From contig CALFXW010000196.1 in NCBI GenBank assembly GCA_937957805.1, forward strand, positions 1 to 57,425: a stretch of DNA of 57,425 nucleotides. The letters are read 5' to 3'. The translations under genes and the position numbers were made by a program. The DNA comes from an uncultured Sphingopyxis sp. Lineage in GTDB: Bacteria > Pseudomonadota > Alphaproteobacteria > Sphingomonadales > Sphingomonadaceae. Positions 19,399 to 29,010 of this stretch are shown here, piece after piece (positions within the stretch are counted from its first letter, which is position 1; every line of letters starts with the position of its first letter). The notes under the pieces were generated by a model. That model did no database searches and was not told the DNA's origin. It saw only the letters and a list, made by a program, of their open reading frames with translations.

Positions 19399-19572
19399 TT
19401 ACATATTATCGCGCGAAGCCTGCGCTGTATTATTCCACATGGAAATGGCATTGGTGGCGAATAATTGAATCGCCGTCGCCGCTGCCAGCGCGATCAACGC
19501 GGCAATCAAGCCATATTCGATTGCCGTCGCCCCACGGACGTTCCGGCGCAATTTCGCCCAAATCCATCGCAT
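19399..19572 (-). CDS. flp: Flp family type IVb pilin (copy 2)
   Basis: RG|ATAIEYGLIAALIA motif; C-terminus differs from copy 1. Confidence 0.93.
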   Translation of the reverse strand: MRWIWAKLRRNVRGATAIEYGLIAALIALAAATAIQLFATNAISMWNNTAQASRDNM

Positions 19573-19631
19573 CTCTATCACCCTGGTCAGTGGGTTATGC
19601 ATTCCTGCATTGGGGGCTATGCGCGTAATAT

Positions 19632-19647
19632 GTTAACAAATTCTTAT
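19632..19647 (-). promoter_or_regulatory. CtrA-like box upstream of pilin copy 2
   Basis: Minus strand reads ATAA-gaatttg-TTAAC (1 mismatch to consensus). Confidence 0.6.
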
Positions 19648-19667
19648 CGTCGCTTGGGGGTGTCATC

Positions 19668-20072
19668 ATGCAAATCGTTGTTGCCGTAGCGTTAATCGAC
19701 GGACGTCGCATTTTGGTGCAGCAGCGTGAAGCGCATGGTCATTACGGGGGACTGTGGGAATTTCCGGGCGGCAAGCAGGAGGTGGGGGAGGGGCTTGTCG
19801 ATGCCCTGCTGCGCGAGATAAGGGAGGAGTTGACGCTCGATGTCGCAGCAGAGGCGTTGCGCCCGATCGCCTTTTCGAGCGGGGAAAGCACGCGCGGCGA
19901 AATCCTCCTCCTCCTATATGCGGCGCGCCATTGGCAGGGGGTGCCGCAGCCGCTCTCCGCCGCCGCCTTGCAATGGGTGGATGTGGATATGCTTCCCGGC
20001 CTTGCCATGCCGCCGCTCGACCTGCCGTTGATTGCGCCCCTAAGGCAATTTGTCGAAAATGCCGGCATTTAG
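19668..20072 (+). CDS. mutT: NUDIX hydrolase, MutT-like
   Basis: WEFPGGKQEVGE..ALLREIREE Nudix box; MPPLD C-terminus. Confidence 0.9.
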   Translation: MQIVVAVALIDGRRILVQQREAHGHYGGLWEFPGGKQEVGEGLVDALLREIREELTLDVAAEALRPIAFSSGESTRGEILLLLYAARHWQGVPQPLSAAALQWVDVDMLPGLAMPPLDLPLIAPLRQFVENAGI

Positions 20073-20831
20073 CGCGCGCTTCTCTCGCGGCTGGTCGGGA
20101 TGGGGCGCCCACGCCGTGAAGAGCAGCAACCGCGCATCCACGCGCCCGCGCAGCACGCCATCATGACCATATGTCGCATCGGCCATGAACGCCTGCTCCG
20201 CCCTTTGCCATTGCGCGCGGCCGATGGGGTGCACCGCCCCGCTCAGCATGTTGGTGAGCGCGGCATCGCGCAGGTCGGCGACCAGTGCCGACAGGCTGCG
20301 ATAAGCCCATGTCAACCGCTCCACATCTGTAACGATCAGGCGCAGGCCGATTTTGTGCAGCAGGTCGCCGACGGCGGCGAGGCTGATTTGTGGATGCATT
20401 CGTGCGACGATGTGCGGAGCATCGGCGGCCTGCATCGCGCGGCGCAGCGCGGCAAAGCTGCCATCGCCGAACAGGGCACCCACCAACACACCATCGGGCC
20501 GGAGCGCTAGGCGCGCGCGCAGCAGCGCATCGGGTACGTCCCCCTCACCCTCCAGCCCCAATGGCCAGAGGAGGAGGTCATAGCTTTCCGGTTCCACGTT
20601 GATTGCGCTGTGCGGCGGCCATATGTCGAGCCGGTCGACCTTTGCGCCCAATTTTGCCGCGAGCGGCCCCCCGCCATCGCCGATGAGCAGCGCGCGGCCA
20701 AATCGGCGCGGCACATCGGCCACCCGTTCGATGAGCAATTCGGCGACCTGCTGCGTGAAATAGCCGTGCCTGCCCGCCGCGCGGGCAAAGCGCAGTGCGC
20801 GTCGTCGTTGGTCAAATATGTCGCCTGCCAT
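20040..20831 (-). CDS. SAM-dependent methyltransferase-like protein (NDUFAF5/BioC-like)
   Basis: IFD..R N-terminus, ALLIGDGGG, ALRPDG, LVADLR, AWAPHPDQP; conserved divergent partner of comF. Confidence 0.8.
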   Translation of the reverse strand: MAGDIFDQRRRALRFARAAGRHGYFTQQVAELLIERVADVPRRFGRALLIGDGGGPLAAKLGAKVDRLDIWPPHSAINVEPESYDLLLWPLGLEGEGDVPDALLRARLALRPDGVLVGALFGDGSFAALRRAMQAADAPHIVARMHPQISLAAVGDLLHKIGLRLIVTDVERLTWAYRSLSALVADLRDAALTNMLSGAVHPIGRAQWQRAEQAFMADATYGHDGVLRGRVDARLLLFTAWAPHPDQPREKRALNAGIFDKLP

Positions 20832-20889
20832 GCCCCCTTGTGCCGCCACGCTGGCCAGCGCACAAGCCGCTTGGCGGAAAGGGCGGCAT

Positions 20890-21690
20890 ATGGGCGGTGA
20901 TGCAGCGCAAATCGGCTGGCGGGCAGAAGCGGCGGAGGCAAAGCAAATCCTCTGGCGCTGGGTGCGCCCCATCGTTGATGCGGTATTGCCGCCACGTTGC
21001 CTCGCCTGCGGGACGATGGTTCAGGATGATGGCGGTTTTTGCGCCAGTTGTTGGCAGCTACGCCATTTCCTGCGCCCGCCCGCCTGTGCCTGTTGCGCCA
21101 TGCCCTTTGCCCAGCCGCAGGGTGATGGCGCGCTATGCGCCGCCTGCATTGCGGACGCGCCACCCTTTGTCCGTGCCGGTGCGCTCATCGCCTATGACGC
21201 GGCGGTGGGGGCGATCGTCCTGCGGCTGAAATATGGACGACGCGTCGGGTTGGCGCGGGCGATGGCGCATATGTTGACTGCCCCGGCGCTCGAATTGCTG
21301 GGCGAGGACGCTGACAATGCGCTGGTGCTGGCCGTGCCGCTCGACCGCTGGCGTTTGTGGCGGCGCGGCTTCAACCAAAGTGTCTTGATCGCACGGCCAC
21401 TGGCGCGCGCGCTCGGGTTGCCGCTCCACCTCGATGCGCTGGTGCGCACACGCCCAACAGGCTCAATGCGCGGATTGGGCCGTCGTGCGCGGCTTCGCCG
21501 GGTGCAGGGAGCCTTTGCCGTGCCGCCGCCGCACCGCTGCGACATCGCGGGGCGCAATATCTTGCTGGTGGATGATGTGATGACCACCGGCGCAACACTC
21601 AGCGCCTGCGCGCGCGCTCTTCGGCGGGCGGGCGCGGCGCGGGTCTATGTCCTCGCATTTGCGCGGGTGGTGGATTTAGACGGCCATTGA
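20890..21690 (+). CDS. comF: ComF family protein (Zn ribbons plus PRTase domain)
   Basis: Four CxxC motifs, LKY, RGFNQS, LLVDDVMTTGAT. Confidence 0.93.
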   Translation: MGGDAAQIGWRAEAAEAKQILWRWVRPIVDAVLPPRCLACGTMVQDDGGFCASCWQLRHFLRPPACACCAMPFAQPQGDGALCAACIADAPPFVRAGALIAYDAAVGAIVLRLKYGRRVGLARAMAHMLTAPALELLGEDADNALVLAVPLDRWRLWRRGFNQSVLIARPLARALGLPLHLDALVRTRPTGSMRGLGRRARLRRVQGAFAVPPPHRCDIAGRNILLVDDVMTTGATLSACARALRRAGAARVYVLAFARVVDLDGH

Positions 21691-21721
21691 CTTCGCGCAC
21701 GCCGCTTCCGATATGCGGCCT

Positions 21722-21979
21722 ATGGCACGCGTTGAAATATATACCAAAGAACACTGCCCCTATTGCCGCCGTGCACTTGCTTTGTTCGCGGCAAAGCGGG
21801 CGGAGCCCATAAATTATGAGATTTCAATGGGCGGTCCGCGCCGTGCGGAAATGATTGAACGTGCGCGCGGCGGCACCACCGTGCCGCAGATTTTTATCGA
21901 CGGGACGCATGTTGGCGGTTGCGATGATTTGATGGCGCTCGAAGCATCAGGGCGGCTCGACGGGCTGCTCGCGGCATGA
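21722..21979 (+). CDS. grxC: Glutaredoxin 3
   Basis: CPYC, TVPQIFI, GGCDDL. Confidence 0.96.
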   Translation: MARVEIYTKEHCPYCRRALALFAAKRAEPINYEISMGGPRRAEMIERARGGTTVPQIFIDGTHVGGCDDLMALEASGRLDGLLAA

Positions 21980-22431
21980 TCAGTTTTGATCTGCGCTGCG
22001 CGCTCGACCATGTTTTTGAGGGTTGGTTCCGCTCGAGCGATGATCATGCGGCGCAACAGGCGGGCGGTATGATCGTCTGCCCAATTTGTGGCAATGATGA
22101 TGTGACCAAGGCGGTGATGGCACCACAGGTCGCGGCAAAGGGAAATGCGGCGCGTTCAGATAAGACCCCGATGCTCCCGCCCGAAGCGATGGCGATGATC
22201 GGCAAAATCGCCGCGATGCAGGCAGAGGCGCTGCCCCAAAGCCGTTGGGTGGGACGCAATTTTGCGACCGAAGCGCGCGTGCTCCACGTAGGGGGCGATG
22301 GCGAAATTCCACCATCAGCAAGCGTCATCCACGGGGAGGCGAGCGCCGATGATGTCGCTGCGCTCCACGCCGATGGCATAAATGTCATGCCCTTGCTGGT
22401 GCCCTTTGTCCCACCCGACGCACAGAATTGA
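21976..22431 (+). CDS. DUF1178 family protein
   Basis: LRCALDHVFEGWF, CPICG, VG..FA.EAR, IHGEA. Confidence 0.9.
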   Translation: MISFDLRCALDHVFEGWFRSSDDHAAQQAGGMIVCPICGNDDVTKAVMAPQVAAKGNAARSDKTPMLPPEAMAMIGKIAAMQAEALPQSRWVGRNFATEARVLHVGGDGEIPPSASVIHGEASADDVAALHADGINVMPLLVPFVPPDAQN

Positions 22432-22504
22432 ACCGGCAGGCGCGTGCCTGATATTGCCGTCGGCGATGCGCCGCTCTATGCGCGAACGCCGACCATGGTG
22501 GTCA

Positions 22505-22581
22505 GCGCCCGTAGCTCAGCAGGATAGAGCATCAGATTCCTAATCTGGGGGCCGTGGGTTCGAATCCCGCCGGGCGCGCCA
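22505..22581 (+). tRNA. tRNA-Arg (anticodon CCT)
   Basis: Acceptor stem GCGCCCG/CGGGCGC, D-arm GCTC..GAGC, anticodon loop TTCCTAA, T-loop GGTTCGAATCC, encoded CCA; 77 nt. Confidence 0.98.
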
Positions 22582-22616
22582 TTCCCCCTTCGGTCGAACG
22601 CGCCCGGCCCTAAAGA

Positions 22617-23015
22617 TCAAAGCCCAGCGGCGCGGGCGACCACCGCATAGCTCGCCAGCCAGATTGGCGGGACGGCGAGCGCCGCGCGCCACAAGCTCCG
22701 ACGGTCGCGGCGAAAGCGGGTATGGAGCGCGGGGCAGGGAAGCGCGTTCTCCGACAGGCGCGCCCAGCGCCGTTCAATCCGCCGTGCAAAGGGAATGGCG
22801 AGGAGGAGGAGCGCGCCCAAAGCGACAAAGGGCAAATTCGGTCCGCCCGGCCAGTTGGCGAGCAGCACAACGCCCGCAATTTGCAGCGCGGCAAAGGTGA
22901 GCAAGGCAAGCGAGGCGTGCATCGACATAGCGCGTGCCAGCGTCGGCGCGCGTTCAAGCCTGCCCCTAAATTGCAGTGTTGCACGATGTGCAGGATCGTC
23001 GAACTTGGACGCCAT
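22617..23015 (-). CDS. Hypothetical membrane protein (about 3 TM)
   Basis: Hydrophobic segments, ERRW and LW motifs; SD-like gagggg upstream. Confidence 0.7.
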   Translation of the reverse strand: MASKFDDPAHRATLQFRGRLERAPTLARAMSMHASLALLTFAALQIAGVVLLANWPGGPNLPFVALGALLLLAIPFARRIERRWARLSENALPCPALHTRFRRDRRSLWRAALAVPPIWLASYAVVARAAGL

Positions 23016-23227
23016 AAACCCCCCTCACCGGGAAATGGACGAAAGCGCATTGAATCCACACGCTTTCCCTAGGGTCAATTTGGGTGATTGGAGAGTCGGT
23101 TCAGTTTATCGCGCATATGGCACGTTTCGTCGATTCACCATTGGGGATTACAGGCGTAAACGCTGAAGGCGGGGCGATATGTCGAGCCAAGCAATCGCGC
23201 GGGTTCGATAGGGATCGGGGGGAAGAT

Positions 23228-25036
23228 ATGCGTCGCACCATGAACAATCGCGTTCGTTCGGCAAAATGGGGTGTCAAATTTGGGGTGATCGCCCTTCTCG
23301 GCAGTGCTGCGCTGGTGCCCGGTGCGGCTATCGCCGGCCCGCAGGAGGATTATGCGGCGGTCGAGCATGATTATGAACAATGGTTGCTGCGTGAAAGTCC
23401 GGAATATGCGACCGCGCTAGGCGTTCGGACATGGGATGATCAGGTTTCCGATCCGTCGATCGCGGCGATGGACCGGCGGGCGGCGGCGGCGGCGGCGCTG
23501 ATGGCGCGGCTCGATGCAATTCCCGCAGCCGCGCTCGATGCCGCGACGCGCACCAATCAGGCGATTTTGCACCGGCAGCTTTCCGCGCAGGTGGAGGGGA
23601 ACCGATTTGGCCAGCGGTTGATGCTGTTTTCCACATATTATAGCTGGCATCAGGGTTTTGCCGGGATGTCGGAAAACCTGCCCTTTGCCAATGCGCGCGA
23701 TTATCGCAGCTATTTGACCCGCATCGCGCAATATCCGCGCGTCAATGATGTTTCGATCGACATTACCCGTCAGGCCGTGGCGAGTGGCTATGTCCTGCCC
23801 TGTTCGGTGCTCGGTAATTTTTCGCGCTCGATCACCGGGCTGATTGCGACCGACCCCACTCAGTCGCGCATCTACGAACCCTTTACCCGCACGCGCCCGG
23901 TCGACATCAGCGAAGCGGATTGGGCCGCGATGCAGGCTGAGGCGCGCAATATCATCACCGCGCAGATCAACCCCGCCTTTGACAAGCTCAACCGCTTTTT
24001 CGTCGATGAATATCTGCCCCATTGTGCAGCGAGTGACAGCGTGTCGGCCGAACCGGGCGGGGCGGCATATTATGCCTTTCGCGTCGGGCAGGAAACCACC
24101 ACCAACATGACCCCGCAGCAGGTGCATGATCTGGGCCTGTCCGAGGTTGCGCGCATCCGCGCGGAAATGGAAACACTGGCCCGCGCATCAGGCTATGCCG
24201 ACCGCGCGGCGATGATCGCCGCGATGCGCGCCAATCCGGCCAATTTCGTTACCGACCCCGAAGAATTGATGCGCCGCACCGCGCGCGTCACCCGGCGGAT
24301 CGACGGGCTGCTGCCGCGATATTTCGATTTCTTGCCGCGCACCCCCTATACCATCCGCGAAATCCCCGCCGAAACCGCCGAACAGACGACGACAGCCTAT
24401 TATTCGGGGGGCAATATGGCGGCGGGGATCGCCGGCACTTATTATGTCAACACCTCCAAGCTCGACCAACGGCCCCTGTGGGAAATCCCCGCACTCAGCC
24501 TGCATGAATCGGTGCCCGGCCACCATCTGCAGATCGCGCTGCAACAGGAATTGAGCATCCCGATGTGGCGGCGCAATTTCACCGGCTTCACCGCCTTTAC
24601 CGAAGGATGGGGACTATATTCGGAGCATCTGGGTATCGAAATGGGCATGTATGACAGCCCCGAAACCAACATGGGCCGCCTGTCCTATGAAATGTGGCGG
24701 GCCTGCCGCTTGGTCGTCGATACCGGCATCCATGCGCTCAATTGGGACAAGGCACGCGCGGTCGCCTTTATGCGCGACAATAGCGCGCTGTCCGACGCCA
24801 ATATCGATGCCGAAGTGAACCGCTACATCAGCTGGCCGGGCCAGGCGCTGGGCTATAAAATCGGTGAATTGCGCATCCTGGCCCTGCGGGCAGAGGCAGA
24901 ACGCGCGCTCGGCAACCGTTTTGACGTGCGCCGTTTCCACCATGCGGTGCTGGGGCAGGGTTCGGTTCCGCTTGACGTTCTGGAAATGCAGATTCGCGAC
25001 TGGATTGCGGCCGAACAGGCGCGCCCTGCGTCATGA
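23228..25036 (+). CDS. DUF885 domain exported protein (metallopeptidase-like)
   Basis: Signal peptide, HESVPGHHLQ, FTEGWGLYSE, RLVVDTGIH, RYISWPGQA, YKIG. Confidence 0.93.
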   Translation: MRRTMNNRVRSAKWGVKFGVIALLGSAALVPGAAIAGPQEDYAAVEHDYEQWLLRESPEYATALGVRTWDDQVSDPSIAAMDRRAAAAAALMARLDAIPAAALDAATRTNQAILHRQLSAQVEGNRFGQRLMLFSTYYSWHQGFAGMSENLPFANARDYRSYLTRIAQYPRVNDVSIDITRQAVASGYVLPCSVLGNFSRSITGLIATDPTQSRIYEPFTRTRPVDISEADWAAMQAEARNIITAQINPAFDKLNRFFVDEYLPHCAASDSVSAEPGGAAYYAFRVGQETTTNMTPQQVHDLGLSEVARIRAEMETLARASGYADRAAMIAAMRANPANFVTDPEELMRRTARVTRRIDGLLPRYFDFLPRTPYTIREIPAETAEQTTTAYYSGGNMAAGIAGTYYVNTSKLDQRPLWEIPALSLHESVPGHHLQIALQQELSIPMWRRNFTGFTAFTEGWGLYSEHLGIEMGMYDSPETNMGRLSYEMWRACRLVVDTGIHALNWDKARAVAFMRDNSALSDANIDAEVNRYISWPGQALGYKIGELRILALRAEAERALGNRFDVRRFHHAVLGQGSVPLDVLEMQIRDWIAAEQARPAS

Positions 25037-25052
25037 TTTAGGGGGGGGCAGT

Positions 25053-25107
25053 CTTCCCCTCCACCTCCGCTGCACGGCGTGCGCGCTCCCCCGGTGGCGG
25101 GGAGCTT
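25053..25107. repeat. REP-like GC-rich palindromic intergenic element between convergent genes
   Basis: CCCCTCCACC...GCTCCCC/GGGGAGC hairpin resembles CTCCCC..GGGGAG..GGTGGAGGGG repeats of Alphaproteobacteria. Confidence 0.5.
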
Positions 25108-25119
25108 GAAAGCCCACGT

Positions 25120-25578
25120 CTAACCTCGTCCGCGATAGGGGGCGACCCCTTGGTCTGGCAGCCACAAATCAACGGGCGGCGCGCCCGATTGCCAGAATAT
25201 GTCGATGGGGATGCCGCCACGCGGATACCAATATCCCCCGATGCGCAGCCATTTGGGCTGCATTTCGTCGAATAATCTTTTGCCGATGCCGACGGTGCAA
25301 TCTTCATGAAAAGCGGCGTGATTGCGAAAGCTGCCGAGGAAAAGTTTGAGCGATTTGGATTCGACGATGGTGGCGGCGGGCGCATAATCAATCACCAGAT
25401 GCGCAAAATCGGGCTGACCGGTCACCGGACAGAGCGATGTAAATTCGGGTGCGGCAAAGCGCACCAGATAAAGATCCCCATCACGTGGATTGGCGACGTA
25501 ATCGAGCGTGGCCATGTCCGGGCTGGCGGGAAGTTCGCTCGCTTTACCGAGGAAGCGGGGTTGGGGGGGGTTGACCAT
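25120..25578 (-). CDS. queF: preQ0 reductase (type I QueF)
   Basis: [31 protein letters not shown]. Confidence 0.97.
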   Translation of the reverse strand: MVNPPQPRFLGKASELPASPDMATLDYVANPRDGDLYLVRFAAPEFTSLCPVTGQPDFAHLVIDYAPAATIVESKSLKLFLGSFRNHAAFHEDCTVGIGKRLFDEMQPKWLRIGGYWYPRGGIPIDIFWQSGAPPVDLWLPDQGVAPYRGRG

Positions 25579-25646
25579 CGCGCGCTTTTAGTCGCAGGCG
25601 GTGCCGATGTCACGGGGGCCAGACGCCCCGCAGCGAAAGCCGATCT

Positions 25647-26864
25647 TTGCCCATCCCCCACCGCCTTAATATCCCCATAAATGCCATCGCCGCTGCCGCG
25701 TTGCTGACATGCGCGCCCACAACCACATGGGCTCAGGATGCTGCCGCCGCCCAGCCCGCCCCGACACCTGCACCTTCGCCATCACGCGTGCAGGGGCCGC
25801 CCGACGGGCTGATTGCGCCGCCCTCCGCAGCCACCCGCCCGCAGGACAATCGACCAATATTCCCGCAGCCCGCAGCACCGGTTGCCACGCCCGCCAATCC
25901 GCCTGCAGTCAGTACCAACGCGCCACAGGATGTTCGGCCATTACCGCCACGCAACGGCCCGCGCACCACTGCTGTGCCCAGCCGGCCCTCGGCAAACGCC
26001 CCCCAAGTCGCGCCGGTCAGTCCCGCGAGCGCCGACCCGCCACCCGCCCCGGAAACCTCACTTGATGCGCCGGGTGCGAGCACCGCAGCCATCGATGCTG
26101 CGCCAGCACCAATCGCGCCGGATAGCGGGTCGGACAATGGCTGGTCGTCCTTTGCCCCGTTCGCGGCGGGTGCGATATTGCTGTTGGGCGGGATTTTCTG
26201 GTGGTTACGCCGCCGCAAACCCGCCGAGCGTGCAGCAGTGACGGAGGCACCATATGTTGCCCCTCCATCCCCGAACCCGACGCCACAGGCGAAAGCCGGC
26301 ACGCCGCCCCCAACACTAACCCCTGTCCGTGGTGGGAAACGCGCCAAAATAGAGGTTGATTTTACGCCGCTCCACGCCAGCACGACCTTGATCAATTTTC
26401 GTCTGCGTTACGCCATCGATATTCGCAATGATGGCGAATTGGACGCCGCCGACGTGCGGGCGCGCATTGGCTTGTTCGCCGGAAATCAGACCAATGCGGC
26501 GAGCATCGGCCATTGGTTTGAACTGGACGAGCAGGAAGTTCACCATGTTATCGCCACATTATCTGCGGGCGAATCGACACGGGTTGAAGGGGAATTGGCG
26601 GCCCCCATCGCCGCTATTGGCACCTTTCGACAAGGAAACCGGCAAGGGGCCATCCCCATATTGGCGATCGATTGTCGATATGGCCACGCACCGGGCGATT
26701 CTCCGATAGATGCTGTCACCGCCAAGGCTTTTGTTCTGGGCTGCGAAAATGTTGAACAAGATGCAGGTGCGAATAAACGCCTCGCCCCACTGCCAATTGA
26801 CCTGGGGCCGAGTAATTTCAATCCGCTAGGTGTGCGTGACACCGGCATTGCCAAGCGTCGATGA
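25647..26864 (+). CDS. Single-pass membrane protein: signal peptide, long Pro/Ala-rich region, TM, C-terminal beta-rich domain
   Basis: Signal peptide ending WAQ, about 130 aa P/A-rich, TM followed by LRRRK, then IRNDG..LSAGES. TTG start uncertain. Confidence 0.75.
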   Translation: MPIPHRLNIPINAIAAAALLTCAPTTTWAQDAAAAQPAPTPAPSPSRVQGPPDGLIAPPSAATRPQDNRPIFPQPAAPVATPANPPAVSTNAPQDVRPLPPRNGPRTTAVPSRPSANAPQVAPVSPASADPPPAPETSLDAPGASTAAIDAAPAPIAPDSGSDNGWSSFAPFAAGAILLLGGIFWWLRRRKPAERAAVTEAPYVAPPSPNPTPQAKAGTPPPTLTPVRGGKRAKIEVDFTPLHASTTLINFRLRYAIDIRNDGELDAADVRARIGLFAGNQTNAASIGHWFELDEQEVHHVIATLSAGESTRVEGELAAPIAAIGTFRQGNRQGAIPILAIDCRYGHAPGDSPIDAVTAKAFVLGCENVEQDAGANKRLAPLPIDLGPSNFNPLGVRDTGIAKRR

Positions 26865-26960
26865 TGTCGCCAAGGCTTGCCATGCGGCGTTGCGCGCCAT
26901 AGTCTATTTTTTTATTAGACAAAGCGCATCGACCAAAGATTGTCGGGGGATATTCGGGCC

Positions 26961-27803
26961 GTGGAACCCTTGGTTTCAACTAGTTGGCTAGCCAAAGAAA
27001 TGGGGGCATGCGACCTGCGGATCGTTGATGCCACCAAATATGTTGCGGCGCCTGAACGTGATGCACGGGCCGAATATCTGGCCAGCCACATCCCGGGTGC
27101 GGTGTTCATGGACTTGGCCGAACTGGTCGATACCCAGCAGCCGGTGGAAAATATGGCACCGACAGCTGAAAAATTCGCATCGCGCATGCAAAGCCTGGGA
27201 CTGGGTGATGGCAGCCGTATCGTCCTTTATGACAATAGCCCGCACAAAAGCGCCGCACGCGCCTGGTGGCTGCTGACACTGTTCGGCGCGCATAATGTCG
27301 CGATATTGGATGGCGGCTTTGCCAAATGGCTGGCTGAGGAGCGTCCGGTCGAAAGCGGCAATATCACTCTGCGTCACCGCCATTTTACCGTCTGGCGCGA
27401 TGGAAAATTGGTGCGCGACAAGACGGCGGTACACGCCAATATTGCATCGCGCGACGAGGTGCTGGTCGATGCACGTGCGTCCGACCGATTCACAGGCGCT
27501 GCGGCCGATATGCGGCCACAACTGGCGGTGGGACATATTCCGGGATCGCGCAACATGCCCTTTGGCCTGTTTTTCAACCCCGACGGTAGCTGGAAACAGG
27601 GTGCAGCGCTGGAAGCTGCTTTTACCGAAGCAGGGGTTGATCTGGCCCGCCCGCTGGTCGCCACCTGCGGGTCGGGTATGTCAGCCTGCATCATCGCCTT
27701 TGGCGCGCATCTGCTGGGCAAGACGGATATCGCGGTTTATGACGGTAGTTGGGCCGAATGGGGCGCAGACCCCGCGACACCCAAAGCAACCGGCCCTGCA
27801 TAA
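26961..27803 (+). CDS. sseA: 3-mercaptopyruvate sulfurtransferase (tandem rhodanese)
   Basis: LVSTSWL, HIPGA, AARAWW, LDGG, CGSG active site, YDGSWAEW. Confidence 0.95.
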   Translation: MEPLVSTSWLAKEMGACDLRIVDATKYVAAPERDARAEYLASHIPGAVFMDLAELVDTQQPVENMAPTAEKFASRMQSLGLGDGSRIVLYDNSPHKSAARAWWLLTLFGAHNVAILDGGFAKWLAEERPVESGNITLRHRHFTVWRDGKLVRDKTAVHANIASRDEVLVDARASDRFTGAAADMRPQLAVGHIPGSRNMPFGLFFNPDGSWKQGAALEAAFTEAGVDLARPLVATCGSGMSACIIAFGAHLLGKTDIAVYDGSWAEWGADPATPKATGPA

Positions 27804-27804
27804 T

Positions 27805-29010
27805 ATGGCAAAAACGGACGATGATTCGCCCAGAAGGGGCCGCAACACCCGGCTCGTCGCCGCCGGTCGTCGCCCCGAATGGACGGGTGACCCGCGCCTT
27901 GGCGGGGGCATCGTCAACCCGCCTCTGTGGCGCGCATCGACGATATTGTACGACAATGTCGCCGATTTGGACGCGCGCGGCAAGGATACGCATGACAAGC
28001 TATATTATGGGCGGCGCGGCACGCCGACCGTCTGGGCATTGGCCGATGCGCTGACCGGGATGGAGGATGGCGCGGCAGGTACATTGCTATTCCCCAGCGG
28101 GGTTGCCGCGATTGCTGCTGGGTTGCTGGCGTTGCTCAGTCCCGGCGATCATCTATTGATGGTCGATAGCGCCTATGAACCAACCCGCAGTTTTTGCGAC
28201 AATTTCCTGCGACGGATGGGCATAGAAACAAGCTATTATGACCCGATGGTCGGCGCGGATATCGCGGCGCTGATCCAGCCCAATACAAAGGTCATCTTCA
28301 CCGAAGCACCCGGCAGCCTGACCTTTGAAGTGCAGGATATTCCCGCCATTGTTGCGGTGGCCAAGGCGCATGGCATTGTCACCATCCTCGACAATAGCTG
28401 GGCCAGCCCGTTGCTGTTTCCGGCCATGGCGCACGGCATCGACATTTCGATGATGAGCCTGTCCAAATATATCGGCGGGCATAGCGATGCGATGATGGGC
28501 AGCCTGACCATCAATGCCGCGCTCTGGCCCCGGCTGCGGCAAAACACTTACCTGTTGGGGCAGACGGTATCGGCTGATGATGCCGCGCTGATGTTACGCG
28601 GGCTGCGCACGCTCGACGTTCGTTTGGAACGGCAGGGCAGAAGCGCGCTTACTATCGCAAAATGGCTCGCGGCGCGTAATGATGTCGGCATGGTGCGCCA
28701 TCCCGCGCTGGCAGACTGCCCGGGGCATGATTTTTTCATGCGCGATTTTGGCGGCGCAAGTGGCCTCTTCGCTTTCACGCTGAAGGGCGGGGACAAGGCC
28801 AAACGCGCCCGCTTTATCGACGCGCTCACTTTATTTGGCATCGGGTTTAGCTGGGGCGGTTTTGAAAGTCTGGCCGTCCCCGCCGACCCACCGCGCAGCG
28901 CGGCGCCATGGACAGGTGGCGACGCCCTGATCCGCCTGTCCATCGGGCTGGAAGATGTCGAAGATTTGATCGCCGACCTTAGTGCCGCATTTGCGGCGAT
29001 GGAGGGTTGA
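27805..29010 (+). CDS. metC: Cystathionine beta-lyase
   Basis: VNPP..RASTIL, YGRRGTPT, SKYIGGHSD (PLP lysine), RGLRTL, GFSWGGFESL. Confidence 0.95.
   Translation: MAKTDDDSPRRGRNTRLVAAGRRPEWTGDPRLGGGIVNPPLWRASTILYDNVADLDARGKDTHDKLYYGRRGTPTVWALADALTGMEDGAAGTLLFPSGVAAIAAGLLALLSPGDHLLMVDSAYEPTRSFCDNFLRRMGIETSYYDPMVGADIAALIQPNTKVIFTEAPGSLTFEVQDIPAIVAVAKAHGIVTILDNSWASPLLFPAMAHGIDISMMSLSKYIGGHSDAMMGSLTINAALWPRLRQNTYLLGQTVSADDAALMLRGLRTLDVRLERQGRSALTIAKWLAARNDVGMVRHPALADCPGHDFFMRDFGGASGLFAFTLKGGDKAKRARFIDALTLFGIGFSWGGFESLAVPADPPRSAAPWTGGDALIRLSIGLEDVEDLIADLSAAFAAMEG

Noticed and set aside
22505-22620. tRNA-Arg as an integration site of a genomic island
   Set aside because: No adjacent integrase and no duplicated tRNA 3' end seen; flanking genes look like core genes.
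23118-23135. TGGCACG as a sigma54 promoter upstream of the DUF885 gene
   Set aside because: No TTGC at the -12 position.
25579-26960. preQ1 riboswitch before queF or SAM-II riboswitch before sseA-metC
   Set aside because: The upstream intergenic regions are short and lack the consensus cores.
27295-27804. Apparent 170-aa N-terminal extension of MetC overlapping sseA (possible frameshift fusion)
   Set aside because: sseA is complete with its own stop, metC has an ATG at 27805, and no slippery site is evident; an open frame by chance in GC-rich DNA.
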